Below, in pieces: positions 1 through 9,418 of a stretch of DNA of 34,669 nt (position 1 is its first letter; each line of letters begins with the position of its first letter). The translations under genes were made by a program, and so were the position numbers. The notes beneath the pieces were generated by a model. It had not been told where the DNA came from. It saw only the letters and a list, made by a program, of their open reading frames with translations, and did no database searches. This DNA comes from a virus, in the UHGV virus genome UHGV-0090561. One strand, 5' to 3'.

Positions 1-343
1 CATCCAGAAAACGGGCGTAAACCTTACGCCTGACCACCGTTCCGCCGACCAGACTCTGCAGATCTTCCGCCATCCCGGTGACCATGCCGTACAGGTTAGA
101 AACCGTCAGCGTGGGGCGCGTACTGGTGCCTTTGCCATTCAGTTCAAAACCACTCCCCTGAATGGGATACGCCTGATACTGCCGCCCCTGCCAGGTGACC
201 GGCTCACCTTTTTCGTTCTGCTCATTACAGAAAAAATAACGTTCACCACCGACCTCTGTCAGATCGATTTCCCAGAGCACCACGCTGGCCGACTGCTCCG
301 CACGGGTGCATTCATTCAGTGTTTCCTGTCGGATATCCTGCAT
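1..343 (-). CDS. L: Minor tail protein L, 5' portion (gene continues beyond window start)
   Basis: Reverse-strand translation from the ATG at 341-343 begins MQDIRQETLNECTRAEQSASVVLWEIDLTEVGGERYF, which I recognise as lambda gpL; ATGA overlap with the M stop codon. Confidence 0.9.
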   Translation of the reverse strand, partial: MQDIRQETLNECTRAEQSASVVLWEIDLTEVGGERYFFCNEQNEKGEPVTWQGRQYQAYPIQGSGFELNGKGTSTRPTLTVSNLYGMVTGMAEDLQSLVGGTVVRRKVYARFLD

Positions 344-672
344 CAGTTCACCACCTGTTCAAACTCTGCGCTGAACTCAACACGCAACATACTGACCCGC
401 GACGACCATTTTGCGCAGGTCACCTTTATCTGCCGGTAGCCATAAGGCGGCGTCCACAGAAAGGCCTTCCAGCCCCCGTGCTCAGCCAGAAACGACTCCA
501 GCGCCGCGGCCTCCCAACGGGGAACAGAAAGCGTCACGCTGTACGTTTTCAGGTCAGTGTTCAGCCCGGCAGGCGCTCGCAGGGAATAGCCATCACCAAA
601 GCGCACCTTTCTTACGGAAGGGGCCGAAGCCACATCCATACCCGGTTTCACTTTCCAGCGGAAGGTTTTCAT
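343..672 (-). CDS. M: Minor tail protein M
   Basis: 109-aa ORF MKTFRWKVKPGMDVAS...SAEFEQVVN is near-identical to recalled lambda gpM; sits between H and L as in lambda. Confidence 0.95.
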   Translation of the reverse strand: MKTFRWKVKPGMDVASAPSVRKVRFGDGYSLRAPAGLNTDLKTYSVTLSVPRWEAAALESFLAEHGGWKAFLWTPPYGYRQIKVTCAKWSSRVSMLRVEFSAEFEQVVN

Positions 673-3230
673 CGTCCACCTCCGGAGAACAGACCACCAT
701 CGCGCATCTGCCCGGTCACAACATCCATTGCCGCCTTACGGGCTACGTCATAAACAGCCTTCAGCGCCTGTGGCCCTATCTGACCGTTCGTGCCGTCGTT
801 GTTAATCACCACATGGTTATTCTGCTCAAACTTCCCGGACGCCTGCGACCGGCTGTCCGCCATGCTGCCCGGTGTACCGACATAACCACCGGTGGCATAG
901 CCGCGCATCAGCCGGTAGAGATTCCCCACGCCAATCCGGCTGGTTGCCTCCTTCGTGAAGACAAATTCACCGCGGTGAACAATCCCCGCAGGCTCATATT
1001 TGCCGCCGGTTCCCGTAAATCCCCCGGTCGCAAAATGGAATTTCGCCGCAGCTGCCTGAATGGCTGTACCGCCTGACGCTGATGCGTCACCACCGACAGC
1101 ACCGCCAATGACACTGCCGACACTCCCGACAATCCCCACCATTGCCTGCTTAAGCAGAATTTCTGTCATCATGGACAGCACGGAACGGGTGAAGCTGCGC
1201 CAGTTCTGCTCACTGCCGGTCAGCATCGCCGCCATATTCTGCGCAATACCATCAAAGGTCTGCGTGGCAGCACTTTTAACCTGCGACATACTGTCCGTGG
1301 CACTCTCTTTCCACTCGCTCCAGCCGGACTTCAGGCCAGCCATCCAGCTCCCGCGAAGCAGGTCTTCAGCTGCCCAGGTCTTTTTCTGCTCTGACATGAC
1401 GTTATTCAGCGCCAGCGGATTATCGCCATACTGCTCCTTCAGACGCTGTTCCGTGGCGTCCCGCGCTGCCTGCCGGTCAGTAAGCCCCCGGTTTTTCGCC
1501 TCAATGGCTGCCCGTTTTGCCCGTTGTTGCTGTGCGAACTTATCCGCCTGCTGCGCCAGCGCGTTCAGGTGCTCCTGATACGTGACCTTATCGCCAAGTA
1601 CAGCCAGCTGGCGTTTGTACTCCAGCGTCTCATCTTTATGCGCCAGCAGGGATTTCTCCTGTGCGGATAGCTGGCGACGTTGTGCCGCCTCCTCCAGTAC
1701 CGCGAACTGATTTTCCGCCTTCCACAAATCCCGGCGCTGCTGGCTGATTTTCTCATTCGCTCCGGCATGCTTCTCCAGCGTCCGGAGTTCTGCCTGAAGC
1801 GTCAGCAGGGCAGCATGAGCACTGTCTTCCTGACGATCGCCCGCAGACACCTTCACGCCGGACTGTTTCGGCTTTTTCAGCGTCGCTTCATAATCCTTTT
1901 TCGCCGCCGCCATCAGCGTGTTGTAATCTGCCTGCAGGATTTTCCCGTCTTTCAGTGCCTTGTTCAGTTCTTCCTGACGGGCGGTATATTTCTCCAGCGG
2001 TGTCTGCAGCCGTTCGTAAGCCTTCTGCGCCTCTTCGGTATATTTCAGCCGTGATGCTTCGGTATCGCTCTGCTGCTGCGCATTTTTGTCCTGTTGACTC
2101 TGCTGTTCAGCCTTCTTTCGGGCGGCTTCAAGCGCAAGACGGGCCTTTTCACGATCATCCCAGTAACGCGCCCGCGCTTCATCGTTAACAAAATAATCAT
2201 CCTTGCGCAGATTCCAGATGTCGTCCGCTTTCTTAAACGCAGCCTCTGCCTTAATCAGCATCTCCTGAGCGGTATCAGGGCGACCAATATCCAGCACCGC
2301 ATCCCACATGGATTTGAATGCCCGCGCTGTCCTGTCTGCCCAGGTCTCCAGCGTACCCATGTTCTCTTTCAGGCGGCGGGTCTGGTCATCAAACCCTTTC
2401 GTCGCGGCCTCGTTCGCCGCCTGCAATGCCCCGGCTTCATCGCCGGAACGCTGCAACTGAGCAACATACGCAATCTGCTCCGCCGTCACGTTATGGAACT
2501 GGCGTGCCATCGCCGTCAGCCCCGACGTCGGGTCTGTGGTCAGCTTCCCGAAGGCTTCAGCGACCTTGTCCACCTCCACGCCGGATGCAGAGGAGAAACG
2601 CGCCACACTCTGGCTGATGGATGCAATCTGAGCCTCACCGCTTACTCCCGCCTTAACCAGTGCGCTGAGTGACTCGCTGGTCTGGTTAAACGTCAGCCCT
2701 GCCGCCTGCCCGGCTCTGGACAGGACCAGCATGCGATCTGCCGTCAGACCCGACTGATTGCCGGAAAGGACCAGCGTTTTGTTGAAATCGGACAGGGTTG
2801 AGTTGCCCTGATACCAGGCATACGCCAGCGCACCGGTCGCCACCGCCAGCGAGGTGGCCCCCACCATCGGCAGGGTGATCGCACCGGCAAGCCCCCTGAA
2901 CATGGGGATCATCCCGCCGAAGGAGTCCTTAACCTGCCCCCCCTGTTGCAGCAGGATCAGCCACGGACTTTGCCCGCCTGCAAGCTGCGTGGCCACGTCG
3001 GTGAACTGTGCAGGAAGCATACGCATGGCGGCTTTATACTGTCCGACGGAAATCCCCGCTTTCTGTGCAGCCAGCGCCTGCCGGTTCATTGACTGTTCAA
3101 CGACTGCCGCTGTTTTTTTCGCATCACTTTCCGTACCGGAAAAATGACGCCTGACTCTGGCCATCTGCTCGTCAAATCTGGCCGCATCCAGACTCAAATC
3201 AACGACCAGATCGCCTACCGGTTCAGCCAT
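669..3230 (-). CDS. H: Tail tape measure protein H
   Basis: 853-aa ORF, the length of lambda gpH, with recognisable N-terminus MAEPVGDLVVDLSLDAARFDEQMARVRRHF and long coiled-coil repeats. Confidence 0.95.
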   Translation of the reverse strand: MAEPVGDLVVDLSLDAARFDEQMARVRRHFSGTESDAKKTAAVVEQSMNRQALAAQKAGISVGQYKAAMRMLPAQFTDVATQLAGGQSPWLILLQQGGQVKDSFGGMIPMFRGLAGAITLPMVGATSLAVATGALAYAWYQGNSTLSDFNKTLVLSGNQSGLTADRMLVLSRAGQAAGLTFNQTSESLSALVKAGVSGEAQIASISQSVARFSSASGVEVDKVAEAFGKLTTDPTSGLTAMARQFHNVTAEQIAYVAQLQRSGDEAGALQAANEAATKGFDDQTRRLKENMGTLETWADRTARAFKSMWDAVLDIGRPDTAQEMLIKAEAAFKKADDIWNLRKDDYFVNDEARARYWDDREKARLALEAARKKAEQQSQQDKNAQQQSDTEASRLKYTEEAQKAYERLQTPLEKYTARQEELNKALKDGKILQADYNTLMAAAKKDYEATLKKPKQSGVKVSAGDRQEDSAHAALLTLQAELRTLEKHAGANEKISQQRRDLWKAENQFAVLEEAAQRRQLSAQEKSLLAHKDETLEYKRQLAVLGDKVTYQEHLNALAQQADKFAQQQRAKRAAIEAKNRGLTDRQAARDATEQRLKEQYGDNPLALNNVMSEQKKTWAAEDLLRGSWMAGLKSGWSEWKESATDSMSQVKSAATQTFDGIAQNMAAMLTGSEQNWRSFTRSVLSMMTEILLKQAMVGIVGSVGSVIGGAVGGDASASGGTAIQAAAAKFHFATGGFTGTGGKYEPAGIVHRGEFVFTKEATSRIGVGNLYRLMRGYATGGYVGTPGSMADSRSQASGKFEQNNHVVINNDGTNGQIGPQALKAVYDVARKAAMDVVTGQMRDGGLFSGGGR

Positions 3231-3657
3231 ACCGGACTCCTCCTGCGATCCCTTCTGATACTGTCATCAGCATTACGTCATCCTCCGTCATGTCCGCCAC
3301 ATCCGGGGAAGCGGGGATAACTTCATTCCCGTCCGGGCCAAAGCGGACACCTCCGGCAAGCCCTGCCGCTTTCTGCATCAGCACATCATCTTCAGGCTCT
3401 TCGTCAGCCTCGCGCCGGTTCAGCAGACTGAAATCCAGCGGATGCATATCCGGATCGCTGAAAAACAGGCTGAGTACGGTGTACGTCAGCCCGGAAAAGT
3501 GCATATCCAGCAGAACATCATGAAAATAATGGGTACTGTAAAAGCGGTGCCAGTCGGCATACTCCGTGGATGACATCCCGGCAAGCATGGCACGCCAGTC
3601 GGGTCGCCCCATCTCGCGCGCCAGTTTCAGGGCAAAACTCAGCTCACCGTCGAACAC
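3223..3657 (-). CDS. T: T frame of the G-T tail assembly chaperone (expressed by -1 frameshift from G)
   Basis: ORF overlapping the 3' end of G in the -1 frame and directly upstream of H, as in lambda; slippery heptamer present. Confidence 0.85.
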   Translation of the reverse strand: MFDGELSFALKLAREMGRPDWRAMLAGMSSTEYADWHRFYSTHYFHDVLLDMHFSGLTYTVLSLFFSDPDMHPLDFSLLNRREADEEPEDDVLMQKAAGLAGGVRFGPDGNEVIPASPDVADMTEDDVMLMTVSEGIAGGVRYG

Positions 3658-4061
3658 TTTCCCGCAGAAACAGGCTCTGCGGGCCCGGCGTCCTCTGTCT
3701 GTTCAGGGGCATTATTCACCACAAACTCATACATACCAGACAGCCGGTACACCACGTTTTCAGCATGAGAAATTGCCTCCGTGGGCCAGGTGGTAAGCAC
3801 TTCCTGCTCAATCTGTTTAACGGCTTCATTCATGGACGGCATCTGCGTCTTCTGCGGATGGTTATGCCACAGGGACATCGCCACCAGAAACGCGCCGGTT
3901 CTGATGGCGTCTTCCACAGTAAACTTCCGGTTGCTGTCTGACTCCGCCTGTTCTGCCTGCCGTTTCATCAGGGCGAGATGCTCAATGCGCTGCAGGGCTG
4001 ACAGTTCAGAAAGCGTGACGGTCACGCCGTTATATTCAAATGATTCGGTTTTCAGGAACAT
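3639..4061 (-). CDS. G: Tail assembly chaperone G
   Basis: 140-aa ORF MFLKTESFEYNGVTVTLSELSALQRIEHLALMKRQAEQ matches recalled lambda gpG. Confidence 0.93.
   Translation of the reverse strand: MFLKTESFEYNGVTVTLSELSALQRIEHLALMKRQAEQAESDSNRKFTVEDAIRTGAFLVAMSLWHNHPQKTQMPSMNEAVKQIEQEVLTTWPTEAISHAENVVYRLSGMYEFVVNNAPEQTEDAGPAEPVSAGKCSTVS
3657..3663 (-). promoter_or_regulatory. Programmed -1 ribosomal frameshift slippery site GGGAAAG (G to G-T)
   Basis: Reverse complement of ctttccc near the 3' end of G reads GGGAAAG, the lambda G-T slippery heptamer; position hand-counted. Confidence 0.8.
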
Positions 4062-4076
4062 CGCTGACTCTCCGGA

Positions 4077-4817
4077 TTAACTGGCGGTGACGGTGATTTC
4101 TGCAACCGCAGCAAACTCACCATTACTGGATACAACCGGAATGTTGACCTTGCCTGCAGCAACGCCGTTCACGGTGATGGTCATACCACTGACCGACACG
4201 GTGGCTTTTGTTTTATCCGCAGACACCGCACGGAAGCTCTTGTCGGTTACACCTTCCGGCTGGAATGCCACGGTCAGCGTGGTGCTCTGCCCTTTCACTA
4301 CGGAAGCACTGGCTGGCGTTACCGTCATGCCGGTTGCTGCCGTCACCGTACTGCGATCTTCAGCCATCGACGGGCGTCCCACATTGGTGACCTTCACCGT
4401 GCGGGTGATCACTTCCTTCGCCGTCACTGCTTTACCGATACTGCTGACCCAGCCACGGAACACATCGACCGTGCCGTTCGGGAAGCGGATTTTATAGGCA
4501 CGGGTATCACCTTCATTAAACCACGCCAGCAGCGCCTGCTGCCCCTGCTCTCCGGGCATCCACGCCAGCGTGAAGCTGGTATCTCCGGCAGATTTCTGCC
4601 CCTGCCCGGTCGCAGTCCAGTCCGCATCTTCATCATCGAGATAGCTGTCGTCATAGGACTCAGCGGTCAGTTCGCCGGGTGTCAGGTCTTTAACTTTTGC
4701 CAGACGCGACCAGTCAACGTCTGAAAGCGGGTTCGCATAAGGGTCACCGTTCCCCTTATAAACCCACAGTGTGGTCCCGGCACCTTTCACCGGCATTGTT
4801 GGATTTGGTACAGGCAT
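4077..4817 (-). CDS. V: Major tail protein V
   Basis: From the internal ATG the ORF reads [22 protein letters not shown]..., matching lambda gpV including the C-terminal Ig-like region ending ITVTAS. Confidence 0.95.
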   Translation of the reverse strand: MPVPNPTMPVKGAGTTLWVYKGNGDPYANPLSDVDWSRLAKVKDLTPGELTAESYDDSYLDDEDADWTATGQGQKSAGDTSFTLAWMPGEQGQQALLAWFNEGDTRAYKIRFPNGTVDVFRGWVSSIGKAVTAKEVITRTVKVTNVGRPSMAEDRSTVTAATGMTVTPASASVVKGQSTTLTVAFQPEGVTDKSFRAVSADKTKATVSVSGMTITVNGVAAGKVNIPVVSSNGEFAAVAEITVTAS

Positions 4818-4824
4818 AGCGTCC

Positions 4825-5220
4825 TCACATTTCATAGGTAATGACATACGTCAGATCGGCTGAACTCCACAGGCCCGCATCATCGTCGCGCCGGTAGTCA
4901 TAGCCACTGGCCACCATACTGGTGATCAAATCTGACAGTGCCGGGATATCGCTCATCACCGGATAAATCCGGGACTCCATCCACGAATCCAGCTCTGAAT
5001 CCGGCACCTGAGCAGGCAGGAAAACTTCAATATGCAGCTCCGCCTGCCAGGTATCGCTGTCCAGCTCTTCGCCCGTGTATTCAGCGCCGGTGAGATAAAC
5101 GGCAATTGCCGGAAAATCCGCCTCATCAAAAACAGCGGGGCGACCATCAAAAAGCGTCGCCCCGGTGTCATGCTTCTCCAGTGCATCCAGTACGGCTGCT
5201 CGGAGTTCAGTATGTTTCAT
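4825..5220 (-). CDS. U: Tail terminator protein U
   Basis: 131-aa [55 protein letters not shown] matches lambda gpU; position between Z and V. Confidence 0.95.
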   Translation of the reverse strand: MKHTELRAAVLDALEKHDTGATLFDGRPAVFDEADFPAIAVYLTGAEYTGEELDSDTWQAELHIEVFLPAQVPDSELDSWMESRIYPVMSDIPALSDLITSMVASGYDYRRDDDAGLWSSADLTYVITYEM

Positions 5221-5795
5221 CGCTTTATTACCATTCTCAGTTGATGCTGCAGCGCATAGCCCAGCTCTTTCGGAAGACGCTCACGCCGTATCCGCTCAAT
5301 ATTCTGTTTAAACGCCGTGGTCAGCGGCACCGCCATCGGGATTTTCACCACATCAATGGGGTAACGGTTTTTCCCGGCCACACGCTGCATGACATGCCAC
5401 CGGCCATTTTTCAGTTGCTGAATAAACGCGCCGGGAATACGACGGTTTCCCACCACAAGCACGCTGCCGCCACCTTTCAGGGATGAACGCTGCCCCTTTT
5501 TACGACGCCTGCGGCGGGACAGGACAACCCGCGCGTTACCCAGCTTGATTACGGGCAAATCCCCCCGGTTAACCTTGATTCTGGCCTGCGGATTTTTGAC
5601 CGTGGCCCTTTTCAGCCTGGCCCTTTCCTTTACCAGTTTCCGGCGTACCTTTGTCTCACGGGCAACCTGTGACGCAGACTGCGATATCGCGGATGAAGCA
5701 ACGCGGTTAATGGCCATTGCGGTGGCACCAGGCACCGCCGTTTTGCTGATACGGCTGAGGTTTTCAACGGCCTGCTCAAGACCTTTTATGGCCAT
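5217..5795 (-). CDS. Z: Tail completion protein Z
   Basis: 192-aa ORF MAIKGLEQAVENLSRISKTAVPGATAMAINRVASS matches lambda gpZ. Confidence 0.95.
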   Translation of the reverse strand: MAIKGLEQAVENLSRISKTAVPGATAMAINRVASSAISQSASQVARETKVRRKLVKERARLKRATVKNPQARIKVNRGDLPVIKLGNARVVLSRRRRRKKGQRSSLKGGGSVLVVGNRRIPGAFIQQLKNGRWHVMQRVAGKNRYPIDVVKIPMAVPLTTAFKQNIERIRRERLPKELGYALQHQLRMVIKR

Positions 5796-5806
5796 ACATC
5801 CCCCTT

Positions 5807-6160
5807 TCAGCGGCGACGGTTAACGGCAGGCGGTACGCCCCGCCCAAGCCAGAGATGACAGCTTCCGCCATCATCCGGCGAAACCCGATCTACCCAGAAG
5901 TTTTCCTCACCGATGGTCAGAGTGTCTCCACGCCGCAGCTGCCGCACATCATCAGTCCGGACAAACAGGGACGGGCTGGAGCCTTCAACGCGCACGCCCT
6001 GTCCGGCATAGCTGATATTTTCAGGGTCATCAAAAACACCACGTATTACTGCGCCGGACTGCTCACCGGATGTAATGGTGGCTGACGTTCCCATGTACCC
6101 GCGTATCGTTTCATCGGCGCGGGCAATGGCAGCATCGAACAGGTTATCGAAATCAGCCAC
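5807..6160 (-). CDS. FII: Head-tail joining protein FII
   Basis: 117-aa ORF MADFDNLFDAAIARADETIRGYMGTSATITSGEQSG matches lambda gpFII. Confidence 0.95.
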   Translation of the reverse strand: MADFDNLFDAAIARADETIRGYMGTSATITSGEQSGAVIRGVFDDPENISYAGQGVRVEGSSPSLFVRTDDVRQLRRGDTLTIGEENFWVDRVSPDDGGSCHLWLGRGVPPAVNRRR

Positions 6161-6171
6161 AGCGCCTCCCG

Positions 6172-6570
6172 TTATTGCATTCTGGCCAGGCCACGTTCTG
6201 TCATTTCGGCTGCCACACCGGCAGAGACACGAAACGCCGTTCCCGGCAGCACAAATGCCACAGGTTCATCCCGCGTGGCGTGAAGTGCATCGGTATGCAG
6301 CGTCACCAGTGCCACGACCGTGACCAGTTCAGCCGTATCCTGAATCACGGTATCCGGCTGCGCTGATACCACCTCATTTTCATGTCCGGTCAGCGCATTT
6401 TCCGGGCTCAGAGGTGTGTCCTGACCGGCAGTGTCGCCCGTGTCATCAAGCTCCTCTTCCAGCTCTGCCACACGGAGCGCCAGTTCTTCTTTCGTCCCCG
6501 TCAGGCTGACATCACGGTTCAGTTGTTCTCCCAGCGAGCGGAGACGGGCAATCAGTTCATCTTTCGTCAT
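6172..6570 (-). CDS. FI: DNA packaging protein FI
   Basis: From the internal ATG (GGAGGA Shine-Dalgarno upstream) reads MTKDELIARLRSLGEQLNRDVSLTGTKEEL as in lambda gpFI; the ORF-track N-terminal extension is ignored. Confidence 0.93.
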   Translation of the reverse strand: MTKDELIARLRSLGEQLNRDVSLTGTKEELALRVAELEEELDDTGDTAGQDTPLSPENALTGHENEVVSAQPDTVIQDTAELVTVVALVTLHTDALHATRDEPVAFVLPGTAFRVSAGVAAEMTERGLARMQ

Positions 6571-6611
6571 GGACTCCTCCACAGTGAAACAATGGCCCCG
6601 AAGGGCCACGA

Positions 6612-7402
6612 TTACGCCAGTTGTACGGACACGAACTCATCAGGGTCAGCCAGCAGCATCAGCGGTGCTGACTGAATCATGGTGAACTCACGCGCAGGAT
6701 CGCCGGTGGTCACCCAGTTTTTCGGGTAACGGGCAGAGGCGTTAATGCCTTCGCGCTGTGCGTCCGCATCCTGAATGCAGCCATAGGTGCGCAGACCGCG
6801 TGCCTGAGTGTTCCCCAGCACCATCGTGTTGTCCGGCAGGAAGTTCTTTTTGACGCCGTTTTCCACGTACTGCCCGGAATACACGACGATGGCCACATCG
6901 CCATACATCCCCTTATAGGACACCGCTTTACCCAGGTCTTTCACCGCTGTCTCCAGCTCGGAATGAGAGCCGCGACGGGTATCCAGCTTCTCCTTGACGG
7001 CTTTGAAGGAACGGAACAGCGCCCAGCCTTTCGGATCAAACACGATGATATTCACTACACCGCTGGCGTTCAGCGCGTAGGCTTCGATATCGTCGGTCGG
7101 GTCATACGTGGACTTGTCACGCTTGCTCCACTCCGTGCCACCGGACTGTGTGATGTTGTTCGCCGCACTGCGGCCCATATCCACCTCAACCGGATCGAAG
7201 GCTTCACCGGTCATGGTGTATTTGCCCTTAAGCACGGCAGAAACTGCCTGCATCTCTTCGACCTGGGCAATGGCCAGCTCTTCGTCACGCATGTTCTGCA
7301 TGATGATGCGACGGCGACGGTAAGCCGGGTCCGCCAGATTCTGTGGATCTTCATCCGGCAGGCGACGCAGGGTCATCTGCGGATTCACCTCATGCTTGGG
7401 CT
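6612..7402 (-). pseudogene. E: Major capsid protein E, 3' fragment (codons from PKHEVNPQ to end), separated from its 5' part by the insertion
   Basis: Translation ...PKHEVNPQMTLRRLPDEDPQNLADPAYRRRR...VSVQLA matches the C-terminal ~260 aa of lambda gpE; no start codon, and a TAG lies immediately upstream at the junction. Confidence 0.93.
7393..7402. repeat. Left copy of 10-bp direct repeat TGCTTGGGCT (putative att core / target duplication)
   Basis: Identical 10-mer at 18591-18600; both copies lie inside E coding sequence (AAG CCC AAG CA on the coding strand). Confidence 0.8.
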
Positions 7403-8440
7403 ACATGAGTCAATGACGTAAGTATGTGAATGATATAAGAGGAAAAATAGAGCATAATCTCTACCAGAATGACTATGTTGCAATACATGCTGCAATACAC
7501 AGAAATGAATTTACATGCTGTTCGATTATTAAGTTTCATAGCCGAGTTGCAGATCAGCAACTCACCCACCAGCCCAGATAATTTCATTTTCACACTGGAG
7601 GACTCCTTGAAATCAAGGAATCATAATCCTGCCATGTCATCATTCCGGCCTTCTCAGATTTGAGGTGTGCGGAAAAAATAAACGCTATTAAGCAGCTATG
7701 TGGGTACTGCACTTTTTGGGTAGTGCAACTATCCAGCTTCCTCAAATTAAGGATTGTGGAAAAATCAATGAGTCAGGTTTATTCCCCCGTTCTCCCCCAA
7801 TGGGGGTTTTCGAAAGAATCAATGGGTTAGGCCATCGTGCAAATTTGCACTCTGCCAGCCAACGCAATTTTGCGTTATCAGTCCTCAGATGTGAGGGATG
7901 TAGCCAGCTTTTCCCCCAGTGGGGATTATCCAGTTACCGACGGTTTAACCGCCTGTGCCAGCACAACGAAAGAATTTGCGGGTAGCTTTAAACTACTCAC
8001 AACATCCCATCTTACAGGCCGTGCCTTTCTAACTTTTTACAATGCAATAAGTCAGGTAACGCTATGCGTTCCACCGTGTACACCGCGCCAGTAAAACCCC
8101 CGGATTCGTGGTTTTCCTGAATATCAGGAATCTACCGCCGTAACCGCTCCTGCTTCTTCCACTGGTAAGTGTTTTTCGCGCTCTCCCTTCGCTACATGGA
8201 ACGGCGACGATATGGCAACAACTCCAGAACTCTGGTGCGTATGTTGCACATATCCACGCCGTTAAGCTCGATACCGTCACGGCGCATAACCTCAAGCACC
8301 ACACGCGCGTAATTTTCAGCGGTCGTGCTGTCCGACTGCGTTGTCTCCTGTTTGCCTGCTGCCTGATAGATATCACTGGAAACGTGCCGGATAAGTTCCA
8401 GCAGCAGAAAGGCGAGTTGCTACCGCGCAATTGTTGAACA

Positions 8441-8647
8441 AAAAACGAGAAAGGAAACGACACTGTCCAAAAAACACGTTTTCAGCACCTGCTGTTTCCT
8501 TTCTTTTTAGGGGGTATTTATAATAAAAACATTAAGTTACGGCAAAGAAGAACGGAAACGCCTTAAACCGGAAAATTTTCATAAATAGCGAAAACCCGCG
8601 CGCCTTCCGCCCCGTAACGCTCCGGATCACCGGAAAGGACCCGCTCA
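8441..8647. other. cos site of the satellite (cosN/cosB-like), near-identical to the prophage cos
   Basis: About 200 bp aligns almost base-for-base with 24798-25000, including the inverted GAAAGGAAACGAC / CGTTTCCTTTC terminase R-site-like repeats and the segment GCGAAAACCCGCGCGCCTTCCGCCCCGTAACG. Confidence 0.75.
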
Positions 8648-8730
8648 AAAAAAGCGGCCACTGACGTGATTGTTTATGTTCCATGAGCGACAAAACCGCC
8701 CGGAGGCGGTTTCACATAAAACATTTTGCA

Positions 8731-9378
8731 TCAGCGACCAATCACCACAACCTGACCACCATCACCTTCATCTGCCGTGCTGATCTCCTGAGATACCACT
8801 CGCGACCCCACACGCATTTCACCGTACAGAACGGGCAGAACATTGCCCTGGGCAACCATGTTATCCAGTGACGAGAAATACGTGTTCTGCTTACCGTTAT
8901 CCGTTGTCTGTGTGCGGGGAGTTCTGGCTTTCGGTGCCAGCATCTGCGCCACACCACCGAGCACCATACTGGCACCCGCACTATACATTCCTGTAATTGC
9001 TGCCGCTCCTAGCCAACCAGCGGGGTTCCACCACGCCACCGCAATCAGCGCCGCCCCCAGCACGGTCTGAAACACACCGCCACTTTTAGCGCCAGCAAGA
9101 CGCGGTACGATGTGGATCACAGCACCATTCGCCAGCGGCTCATTAAGACGGGCTGATAATTCATTTTCGCCTGCATCCCGCCCGGCAATCCGTACCTGAT
9201 ACCAACCGTCGCTCAGTTTCTGACGAAACGACGGTAGCTGTGTGGACAGAGCTCGGATGGCTTCAGCCCCCGTTTTTACACGAAGGTCGATGCGGTGGCC
9301 GAATCGTTGCAAATCCCCGTAAAGGCAGATTCGTGCCATGCCCGATGACGCCAGAGGGAGTGTGTGCGTCGTTGCCAT
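8731..9378 (-). CDS. Tail assembly protein I-like protein (lambda gpI family)
   Basis: 215-aa ORF MATTHTLPLASSGMARICLYGDLQRFG...QGNVLPVLYGEMRVGSRVVSQEISTADEGDGGQVVVIGR resembles lambda gpI as I recall it (N and C termini conserved, middle divergent); Shine-Dalgarno upstream. Confidence 0.65.
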   Translation of the reverse strand: MATTHTLPLASSGMARICLYGDLQRFGHRIDLRVKTGAEAIRALSTQLPSFRQKLSDGWYQVRIAGRDAGENELSARLNEPLANGAVIHIVPRLAGAKSGGVFQTVLGAALIAVAWWNPAGWLGAAAITGMYSAGASMVLGGVAQMLAPKARTPRTQTTDNGKQNTYFSSLDNMVAQGNVLPVLYGEMRVGSRVVSQEISTADEGDGGQVVVIGR

Positions 9379-9418
9379 TTGTCGGTATACCTCTCTCGTT
9401 TGCTCTGTTGTTCAGAAA

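Noticed and set aside
1060-2672. Several plus-strand ORFs of 77-192 aa (for example 1060-1578 and 2094-2672)
   Set aside because: All are antisense within the tape measure gene H, with Ser/Arg/Cys-rich low-complexity translations; treated as spurious.
7390-7663. Short ORFs (64-67 aa) at the left end of the insert
   Set aside because: AT-rich region with no Shine-Dalgarno and low-complexity translations; more consistent with non-coding att-arm or regulatory DNA.
8062-8463. 133-aa minus-strand ORF (Cys/Arg-rich) overlapping the satellite cos region
   Set aside because: Low-complexity, improbable composition and it runs through the conserved cos repeats; more likely a chance ORF. A different frame in the same stretch looks like a promoterless gene remnant instead.
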